Under the pieces are notes generated by a model. It saw only the letters and a program-made list of their open reading frames with translations, did not search any database and was not told where the DNA came from. The position numbers and the translations under genes were made by a program. Positions 1 through 7,066 of a DNA stretch of 35,343 nucleotides are shown one piece after another (position 1 is the first letter of the stretch; each line of letters begins with the position of its first letter). The stretch is from Minisyncoccota bacterium (GTDB taxonomy: Bacteria > Patescibacteriota > Minisyncoccia > Phycocordibacterales > SW-6-46-9): NCBI GenBank assembly GCA_040904005.1, contig JBBDUH010000041.1:1-35343 (forward strand), read 5' to 3'.

Positions 1-577
1 TCAGAGTCGGGTTAGTCGGTCCTAAGGGGATCCCGAACGGGGCACCCGATGGACATACGGTCAATATTCCGTAACTTCCGCTGGACAGATGGAGTGACGG
101 AGTTGAGTACGGCAGGCAGACTATTGGATGTCTGTTGGTCTCGTAAGGAAGATGCTTAGGTAAATCCGGGCATCATTAATTCTAAGCGTTGCCAAGATTG
201 CTACCTTCGGGTAGCGAAATCTGCCGGAGCCAGCTTCCAAGAAAAGCTTCTATGGTTAATCCAGTTGGAAACCGTACCCAAAACCAACACAGGTGCTCAG
301 GTCGAGTAGACCACGGCGAACGAGTGAATGTTCCTCAAGGAACTCGGCAAAAAAGCAGCCGTACCTTCGGAATAAGGCTTCCCTGTCTACCTTCGGGTAG
401 GTAGGGCGCAGCGAAAGTTTCTCTAACAACTGTTTATCAAAAACACAGCTCCCTGCGAACTCGAAAGAGAAAGTATAGGGGGTGATGCCTGACCAATGCC
501 AGAAGGTCACATACGGAGGGTCAATGCTTTGCATTGGCTAGACTGTATAAGCCCTGGTGAATGTCGGCCGTAACTAT

Positions 578-1446
578 AGACATGACCGTTGTAGTTACGT
601 AAAGGGTGTAATAACCCTTTGCCTCAACAGCACCGAGCAAAACCTTTTTGTTTAGCTCTTGCTTTTGCGGGTAAAAAAATTCTGCTATATGCGGGAAAAT
701 CTGAAGTATCCAGCACTACTCACGTGATAGTCGATCACGAAGTAACAATGTGTCTGGTGCAGACAATCCGCAGGAAAGACTTCTGCTTTCAACCTTTACC
801 ATGGAAAAGAAATGGTTAGAAAAGATTGAAACAAAACATGGTTTCTACATAGCTGGCTTCACGGACGGAGAAGGAAGCTTTAATGTCTCAGTGAAGAAAA
901 GAAAAGACTATGTAAATAACTGGAAGCTGGCTGCCTCCTTTAATATCTCTCAAAAGGACAGAGTTATTCTGGCCTGGATAAAGAAGATATTAGGATGCGG
1001 TAGCTTACGAGAGAGGAAAGACGGAATGGTTTATTATGAAGTGACAAATATTAGGTCACTGCATGAAAAAATCGTTCCCTTCTTCAAGAAGTTCTCTTTT
1101 CTCTCAGCTCGAAAAAAACAAAACTTTGCTATTTTCAAAAAGATAGTAAAACTAATGTACGAAAAAGAACACTTGGATCCAGAGGGATTCAAGGAAGTTC
1201 TAAAACTCCGCGCAAAACTGAATTATGATGCCGGAAGGAAGCGAAAGTACACATTAGAAATGTTTAATCAAGCAGAAGAATCCTCAGAGACTAATACGCA
1301 GAACGACTCATAAGCCCAACGCCTATTTATGAGTTGAAGATAGAGTCCGATCTTTGTGGCGACACAAAGTCCCGATGTTTACAGTCGGGACTCCGACCGC
1401 GCAAGTGTGTCGGGGTTAACACCAGAAGATTGCTACCTTTATACAG
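578..1446 (+). mobile_element. Group I intron inserted after the U equivalent to E. coli 23S U1917 (helix 69), carrying a homing endonuclease ORF
   Basis: Removing 578..1446 restores gtaactat|aacggtcc exactly. The 5' exon ends in U (577) and the intron ends in G (1446). An 8-bp P1 forms between exon 570-577 gtaactat and intron 591-598 gtagttac, including the splice-site U.G wobble. A J8/7-P7-like aagatagagtccgatc lies at 1338-1353. Confidence 0.85.
801..1313 (+). CDS. LAGLIDADG homing endonuclease, single-motif (I-CreI-like homodimer type)
   Basis: FYIAGFTDGEGSFNVSV motif near the N-terminus, about 170 aa, layout collinear with I-CreI-type enzymes. The ORF lies wholly inside intron 1. ATG at 801 is preferred; a GTG at 750 is possible. 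Confidence 0.85.
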   Translation: MEKKWLEKIETKHGFYIAGFTDGEGSFNVSVKKRKDYVNNWKLAASFNISQKDRVILAWIKKILGCGSLRERKDGMVYYEVTNIRSLHEKIVPFFKKFSFLSARKKQNFAIFKKIVKLMYEKEHLDPEGFKEVLKLRAKLNYDAGRKRKYTLEMFNQAEESSETNTQNDS

Positions 1447-1951
1447 AACGGTCCTAAGGTAGCGTAATTCCTTGTCGGGTAAGTTCCGACGTGCATGAAT
1501 GGCGTAATGATTAGAGAACTGTCTCGAGGAACAGCTCGGTGAAAATGCGATGCCGGTCAAAACGCCGGCTACCTGCAGCAGGACGAAAAGACCCCGGGAG
1601 CTTTACTGTAGTTATTTATTGAGGCTGCGTCGTCTCGTGTACAGCATAGGCGGGAGACTTTGACTTGGGGGCGCCAGCCCTCAACGAGTCGCCAATGGAA
1701 TACCGCTCACGAGCGGCGTAGTTTCTAACCAGCAGGAGAACCCTGTTGGGACAGTGGGTATCGGGCAGTTTTAGTGGGGCGCTATCCTCCCAAAAAGTAA
1801 CGGAGGAGTCTACAAAGGTCAGCTAGGCGTGGATGGAAACCATGCCGATAGTGCAAAGGCATAAGCTGGCTTAACTGCAAGACGGACGAGTCGAGCAGGC
1901 GCGAAAGCGGAGCTTAGTGAACCGAAGGCTTTCTTTAGACGAAGCCTGAGA

Positions 1952-1986
<35 letters not shown>

Positions 1987-2061
1987 GTTGCGCCTAAGCG
2001 TTCAGAGCGACGGCGCAGTTCGGCACCTCGATGTCGGCTCGGCTTATCCTGGGGCTGAAGC

Positions 2062-2094
<33 letters not shown>

Positions 2095-2314
2095 AAGCCA
2101 CGCGAGCTGGGTTCAGACCGTAGAGTGAGTGAGGAGACTCATACATTCTGCTGTCTGAATCAACATGACATTAGTCTTTTCGACCATAAAAGTGATACAT
2201 CAACCTGATTTACGGCGGTCCCCTGCCTTTTTACAAAGAAGTGGGGAGAAAAAGCTGGTTCAATTCGGGAGAATCCTCCAGATTAGAAATAATGCTGAGG
2301 ATAATACCGAGGGA

Positions 2315-2717
2315 GGTGTTGTTGGCTTCATTGTGGAAATATTTGAAGGATTACGTATCCTTCAGTGGGTGACGCTCACAAATGGAAAGTGGTGAAGAAA
2401 GATGTAGAGGGAGGATTAAATACCCTCTCGAGAAAAACCACCAGTCCGAGCGTGCATTTTACTAACTATATTCTGTCTGCAACTCGACAGAACCTCGTCA
2501 AAAGACGGCGGTTAGTTGTAAATGTGAGAAGGTAACTTCTCCACCCTATGAAATTCATTTGGGCTGCTAGCTCAACGGTAGAGCATTCTCAACGTAAGAG
2601 AGCGATTGACCGGGTTCAAGTCCTGTCCCAGCCCCTAATGAATTTTCATCCACACTAATTTCCATTGGTAAGCATATACTTCACAAAGCTTGCCTCCACA
2701 ATGAAGCCAACAACACC
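2315..2717. repeat. Perfect 23-bp inverted repeat (arms 2315-2337 and 2695-2717) enclosing 357 nt of intron 2
   Basis: ggtgttgttggcttcattgtgga is the exact reverse complement of tccacaatgaagccaacaacacc. Confidence 0.85.
2561..2634 (+). ncRNA. tRNA-like cloverleaf (pseudo-tRNA, anticodon-position CGU = Thr-like) embedded in intron 2
   Basis: GGGCTG acceptor strand pairs with CAGCCC. Canonical T8 A9 GCTC-AACGGTA-GAGC D arm with A14, G18 G19 and A21. TTCTC-AACGTAA-GAGAG anticodon arm. GGGTTCAAGTCC T arm. Defects: A at position 33, a C-C mismatch at 7-66, one extra C before the acceptor 3' strand, and no discriminator or CCA context. Confidence 0.4.
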
Positions 2718-2964
2718 CCTGTAGAGACTAAACACCAGCCTCACTCCGTAAGGAGAATGAGAAGCTATAGTCCGATCCCGCCCGAAATGGCGGCGTTTCA
2801 AGCCTCGTGCTTGAAGCTACAATTGCGTAAGACAGGTTGGTCTCTATCCGCTGTAGGCGTCGATTCTTGAAGGGTGTTCTCCCTAGTACGAGAGGACCGG
2901 GAGGAACTAGCCTCTGGTGTATCGGCTGTCGTGCCAACGGCAGTGCCGAGTAGCTATGCTGGGA

Positions 2965-3003
<39 letters not shown>

Positions 3004-3158
3004 CTAAGATTAGGAATCATTAAGACCCGTAGGAGACGACTACGTTGATAGGCTCTCGGTGTACGTGTAGCAATACACTCAGCCATGGAGTACTAATTCG
3101 TCGGACGTTTCCCGTAGGAATTGTGTGGATCACAGAGGTGGTAGATTTAATGTACATG

Positions 3159-3259
3159 GCAGTTGTACGCAGGTACTGAGGGTGGGGGTACAGGCACTTC
3201 GGTGCTCTGCCCCACCGCCAGTCTTCGGACCGGTTTTCTCGGTACGTGCGTATAGCTGC
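3159..3259 (+). other. Self-contained long helix in the 23S-5S spacer with two UUCG-capped internal hairpins
   Basis: 3159-3180 pairs with 3238-3259: 22 positions, 1 mismatch, 3 G.U. Internal hairpins are gcac-ttcg-gtgc within ggtgggg...ccccacc, and gtc-ttcg-gac. Confidence 0.5.
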
Positions 3260-3286
3260 TATAAAGCTATATCGTTGAGGTTTTTA

Positions 3287-3396
3287 TTCTGGTGACTTGG
3301 CGGAGGGGTAACACCTGATCCCATTTCGAACTCAGCAGTTAAGTCCTCCAGCGCCGATGGTAGTCCTCACGGGCAAGAGTAGGTCGTCGCCAGAAT
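3287..3396 (+). rRNA. rrf: 5S rRNA
   Basis: ttctggtgac...gtcgccagaat terminal helix. Conserved cacctgatcccatttcgaactcag, agcgccgatggtag and agagtagg blocks. About 110 nt. Confidence 0.9.
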
Positions 3397-3410
3397 AAAG
3401 GTCTCAACAA

Positions 3411-3436
3411 AAAGCTCCCGTGAGGGAGTTTTTTTA
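3411..3436 (+). terminator. Rho-independent terminator of the rRNA operon
   Basis: ctccc-gtga-gggag hairpin followed by a run of 7 T. Confidence 0.7.
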
Positions 3437-3475
3437 TTGCTGATAATAATCCGTCTTTAAGCTATACTATAGCTA

Positions 3476-4243
3476 ATGCAGTGGCGTACGCGAAGAAAAC
3501 TTACCTACACACTCATCGCTCTCCTGCCGCTTTTGCTTGTGGCGGGAGTCGTGTATGTTGCCACCTTTTTCCCCGAGCCAACCTGCTTTGACGGCGAACA
3601 GAGCGGCGATGAGACCGGCATTGATTGCGGCGGTAGTTGCGCGCTGGTTTGCCAGGCACAAACGAGTGCAGCGTCGGTTGTTTGGGATAGAGCCTTCCAG
3701 GTTGGTGGAGATGTTTACAGCCTGGCTGCCTACATCGAAAATCCAAATACAGATCTAGTGGCCGAGGATGTTTCGTATATATTCCGCCTCTATGATAAGG
3801 ATAATATTTTTATTACCGAGCGACGCGGGAGCACCACTCTACTGCCACAGGCGACTAACATTGTTTTTATTGGTGGGGTAGATACAAATGGTCGCGTGCC
3901 GAGTCGGGCTGTTTTCTCCTATGAGGAATCACCATTCTGGCAGCAGGCTGAGATTACTGGTGTAGATTTTGCTATCACTAACCGCAGTCTAACAACTGGC
4001 AACAACCCGCGGCTTTCCTTTGCGATCACGAACCGTAATAATCAGCCATTTTTCAATGTAGAGCTTACCGGTATTGTTTTCACGGCTGGTGGTGAGGCGG
4101 TTCACATTTCGCAGACACTTATTGACCGGCTTGATGTCGAGGAGTCAACCAACGTTGTCTTTACGTGGCGAGAGTCTTTCTCTGCTGCTGATGGCCCGTA
4201 TCGGACCGAGATAATTCCGACCGCTTACCAGATCGAGAGGTAA
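3476..4243 (+). CDS. Hypothetical membrane-anchored protein with Cys-rich extracytoplasmic N-terminal motif
   Basis: 255-aa ORF. One N-terminal TM helix (LIALLPLLLVAGVVYVATFF), then CFDGEQSGDETGIDCGGSCALVC. No family recognised. Confidence 0.6.
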   Translation: MQWRTRRKLTYTLIALLPLLLVAGVVYVATFFPEPTCFDGEQSGDETGIDCGGSCALVCQAQTSAASVVWDRAFQVGGDVYSLAAYIENPNTDLVAEDVSYIFRLYDKDNIFITERRGSTTLLPQATNIVFIGGVDTNGRVPSRAVFSYEESPFWQQAEITGVDFAITNRSLTTGNNPRLSFAITNRNNQPFFNVELTGIVFTAGGEAVHISQTLIDRLDVEESTNVVFTWRESFSAADGPYRTEIIPTAYQIER

Positions 4244-4268
4244 GGCTAGAGTTACTTTCTTCCATCCC

Positions 4269-5444
4269 GTGCTTACACAAATACGCAACCAATTTAGACA
4301 TATTGACTGGATACTTCTTGCCGCCACGTTGCCCATCATGGCCGGGGGTTTGGTTACAATGCGTCCTCTAGGTGATGGTGACAGTCTTTACTCACAGCAA
4401 CTGGTCTGGATAATCTTATCAATTTTTATATTTTTCGTCGCTGCACTTGGGACGTACCGGTTTCTGCGCCGCCGAGCCGTTATTATCACAATTTTCTTAG
4501 CCGCTGTTGCTGCACTTATTCTGGTCACCCTTACCGGAACAATTGCCGGTGGTGCGCAAAGTTGGTTTGATCTTGGGCCATTTCGAGTCCAACCGGCAGA
4601 ACCGGCTAAGCTAGCAATAATAATTATTCTGGCCAAGTACTTCGATCGTCGGCATGCCTTGATACATAATTTCCGTCACATTATCATTTCTGGTCTCTAT
4701 GCCTTCCTGGTAGCCGGCTTAGTTTTTCTTCAGCCTGACTTCGGTTCAGCCATTATTATTGCCGCAATTTGGTTTGGGATGATTCTTATTGCTGGTATTT
4801 CTTTACGGCATGTTCTGGTTCTTATCGCCGCTGCGCTGCTTGTTTTCACCCTTCTCTGGACAGTTGGATTCACCACTGAACAGAAGGAGCGTGTCACCTC
4901 CTTTACCAATCCAGTTACTGATCTGCAGGGTGCTGGTTACAATGCTCGGCAGGCCATGGTGGCTGTTGGCTCTGGCCAGCTTCTAGGAAAGGGGATTGGG
5001 TATGGCACTCAGTCGCGTCTTTCCTTTCTACCGGAGCACCAGACAGACTTCATATTTGCTGCCTTTGCTGAGGAGTGGGGCTTTGTCGGGGTTCTGATTC
5101 TGCTACTACTTTTTGGAATCATCTTTTGGCGGATCGCTAACCTAGCTTTGGCTGGGGAAACACAGTTTGAACGCCTGTTCGGTGCCGGTGTATTTATTTT
5201 TTTACTTACGCATGTGGTGATGCATGTCGGAATTAATCTTGGCCTGCTGCCGGTTACAGGCACCACCTTGCCGTTTATGTCTTACGGGGGAAGTCATTTG
5301 TTAGTTGAGTTTTTAGCGCTCGGAATACTGGTTGGTATGCAGCAGTATCGACGAGCAGGAAATATTTCTCGATTGTCTTTTTCTGATCTTCCCGAAACTT
5401 CTGAACGTGGTATTATGCGGGAAAACGACCATGCCAAAAGTTAA
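4269..5444 (+). CDS. SEDS-family peptidoglycan glycosyltransferase (FtsW/RodA/SpoVE)
   Basis: Polytopic 391-aa ORF with QPAEPAKLAIIIILAKYF, LPEHQTDFIFAAFAEEWGFVG and TGTTLPFMSYGGSHLL signatures. GTG start. Confidence 0.85.
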   Translation: MLTQIRNQFRHIDWILLAATLPIMAGGLVTMRPLGDGDSLYSQQLVWIILSIFIFFVAALGTYRFLRRRAVIITIFLAAVAALILVTLTGTIAGGAQSWFDLGPFRVQPAEPAKLAIIIILAKYFDRRHALIHNFRHIIISGLYAFLVAGLVFLQPDFGSAIIIAAIWFGMILIAGISLRHVLVLIAAALLVFTLLWTVGFTTEQKERVTSFTNPVTDLQGAGYNARQAMVAVGSGQLLGKGIGYGTQSRLSFLPEHQTDFIFAAFAEEWGFVGVLILLLLFGIIFWRIANLALAGETQFERLFGAGVFIFLLTHVVMHVGINLGLLPVTGTTLPFMSYGGSHLLVEFLALGILVGMQQYRRAGNISRLSFSDLPETSERGIMRENDHAKS

Positions 5445-6768
5445 AAACACACCTTACGGTCTTCTTTTCTTGGGCGATCTCGCGCTACTCTCCTTATCGT
5501 TGTACGCAACACTTACATTTCGCTACTGGGAAACGCCAGGAAAGGAACTGCTCGCCGATCACTTCACGGCATTCTCTGCTTTGTTTATCGTCTGGCTACT
5601 GGTCTTCTTTGTGGCTGGTCTATATGATCGTCGGACTCTTTTCCTACCGGAGTCCTTATGGCAGCGTATCCTGCGCATCCAGATCGTTAACAGCATTATT
5701 GCGGTTCTGTTTTTCTACACAATTCCCTTTTTCGGCATCGCTCCCAAGACAAATCTATTTATATACTTAGTGGTCTCGTTTGTGCTTTTGGTGGCGTGGC
5801 GGTACTGGGCACAGGCACTTTTGCGCTCGCGTAGTCCACAGCAGGTTCTGCTTATAGCACCACAGTCGATTGGACAGGAGGTTTCTAATAAATTGATGCA
5901 AGGTGGATATGGATTGGAGGTAGTGGATCATCTCAATCCCGACGACCTATCTGCAGAAGATCTTTACCGACAGGCACGGATTATTATTGATTCAGCCCCG
6001 GTTTCTTTCGTGGTAATTGATATGCAGCACAGAGTTATTGAAGCGGTTTTGCCAAAGCTACATAATTTTTTGTATGCGAATATTGATTTCGTTACTCTCG
6101 ACTCACTCTATGAGTTAATCTTTGACCGTGTAGCAATGGATCGGCTTGATCACGAGTGGTTAATTAAAAACATTCATCAAACTCCACACACTGCTTACGA
6201 TACCCTTAAGCGCGGTATGGATATTCTTATTGCCTGTGTTCTCGGCCTGCTGTCCCTGCCGTTTTATGTGGTAGTAGCTCCGTTTCTACTTTTCTCGGGC
6301 GAAACAACACTTTTCTCTCGCCAGGAACGGCTGGGTCAAGGCGGGAAGGCCTTCACTATTTATAAGTTTCGCACCATGCTGTTTGCCAACAAGACAAGAG
6401 AGGAAGGAAACCGGGTGACAAAGATTGGGGAACTGCTGCGTAAAACACGTATTGACGAGCTACCCCAGATACTGAATGTCATTACCGGAGATATGTCCTT
6501 CATTGGTCCGCGGCCAGAGTTTCCGGGGCTTGTTGATGTGTATGTCGGAAAAATCCCGTACTTCAATGCCCGCCACTTAATTAAGCCAGGCATCTCTGGC
6601 TGGGCCCAGCTTCTGCACACCGATCCGCCCAAGCATGAAGCCGAGGTGGAGAAGGCACGGATGAAGCTCGCTTATGATCTTTACTACGTTAAGAACCGTT
6701 CCTTTATGCTTGATATTAAAATTGCTCTCTGGACACTGCGAGTTCTTGCCTCTCGTTCGGGCAGGTAA
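5431..6768 (+). CDS. Polyprenyl-phosphate glycosyl-1-phosphate transferase (bacterial sugar transferase, WbaP/EpsB-like)
   Basis: N-terminal TM block plus a C-terminal sugar-transferase domain: KRGMDILIACVLGLL, YKFRTM, IDELPQILNVITGDMSFIGPRPE. ATG 5431 (MPKVKN) is chosen over the 5332 ORF start and overlaps the upstream stop by 14 nt. Confidence 0.8.
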   Translation: MPKVKNTPYGLLFLGDLALLSLSLYATLTFRYWETPGKELLADHFTAFSALFIVWLLVFFVAGLYDRRTLFLPESLWQRILRIQIVNSIIAVLFFYTIPFFGIAPKTNLFIYLVVSFVLLVAWRYWAQALLRSRSPQQVLLIAPQSIGQEVSNKLMQGGYGLEVVDHLNPDDLSAEDLYRQARIIIDSAPVSFVVIDMQHRVIEAVLPKLHNFLYANIDFVTLDSLYELIFDRVAMDRLDHEWLIKNIHQTPHTAYDTLKRGMDILIACVLGLLSLPFYVVVAPFLLFSGETTLFSRQERLGQGGKAFTIYKFRTMLFANKTREEGNRVTKIGELLRKTRIDELPQILNVITGDMSFIGPRPEFPGLVDVYVGKIPYFNARHLIKPGISGWAQLLHTDPPKHEAEVEKARMKLAYDLYYVKNRSFMLDIKIALWTLRVLASRSGR

Positions 6769-6770
6769 AG

Positions 6771-6950
6771 TTATCTATGGCGGAGAGTGCTAGTGCGAAA
6801 CTCTAGTAGCGACTTGAGTCGAAGGCGTGAAGTGGTTATTTCGGGAGATAAGAATTCTGAACTTCGGAAGCCGCGAGCACTCCGCAAGTCGAAGCGCTCG
6901 CTTTATCTGCCGGCTTGAGCCGTTTGACTCCCTGGTTTTTCGATAGATAA
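6771..6950 (+). ncRNA. Candidate structured RNA or repeat element in the 298-nt ORF-free gap before secD (identity unknown)
   Basis: Nested long-range pairings: ttatctat 6771-6778 with atagataa 6943-6950, and gcgga..gtgc 6780-6790 with gcactccgc 6877-6885. Twin hairpins cgac-ttga-gtcg (6810-6821) and cggc-ttga-gccg (6911-6922). Direct repeat agtcgaag occurs twice. Confidence 0.25.
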
Positions 6951-7066
6951 GTAATTTGACAGAGAAAGCCGCCCATCACCTCCTCTATCAAGATGCTGGA
7001 CTTCATATGGACATTTGTTTTGAGTACTAATTGTAAAATGCTGGTCTATTTGCTAAGCTGTAAAGA

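Larger units (their letters stand above)
2122..2825 (+). mobile_element. Group I intron inserted after the U equivalent to E. coli 23S U2593 (peptidyl-transferase centre), with no intact endonuclease ORF
   Basis: Removing 2122..2825 restores gttcagaccgt|cgtaagacaggt. The 5' exon ends in U (2121) and the intron ends in G (2825). A J8/7-P7-like aagctatagtccgatc at 2762-2777 closely resembles the one in intron 1. A candidate internal guide gcggtc at 2215-2220 pairs with exon gaccgt, with a U.G wobble. Confidence 0.75.

Noticed and set aside
189-534. ORFs 189..404 (+) and 256..534 (-), and likewise 619..819, 1327..1560 and 2728..2985
   Set aside because: They lie entirely within 23S rRNA exon or intron RNA sequence that aligns to conserved rRNA blocks. 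They are chance ORFs, not genes.
2165-2395. 76-aa ORF inside intron 2, as a possible homing endonuclease
   Set aside because: It has no LAGLIDADG, GIY-YIG, HNH or His-Cys box motif and is too short. It overlaps the 5' arm of the 23-bp inverted repeat. At best it is a decayed remnant.
3121-3140. DnaA-box-like tgtggatca near the rRNA 3' end, and the heptamer repeats near ssb, as a replication origin
   Set aside because: There is only a single imperfect box. There is no cluster, no AT-rich unwinding element arrangement, and no dnaA or dnaN nearby.
5332-5430. Upstream extension of the sugar-transferase ORF, and similar extensions at 8364 (secF), 17729 (glyA), 31414 (tatD), 34130 and 12115
   Set aside because: The extensions overlap the preceding gene or a promoter or terminator, and they encode non-homologous residues. 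Internal ATG or GTG codons that fit the family N-termini were used instead.
6771-6950. Assigning the secD-upstream structured region to SRP RNA, 6S RNA, RNase P RNA or tmRNA
   Set aside because: It lacks the SRP domain IV GGAAGGAAGCAGC-type motif, the RNase P GAGGAAAGUCC block, and a tRNA-like tmRNA end. 6S has no primary-sequence signature that I can verify by eye, so it is left as an unassigned candidate.
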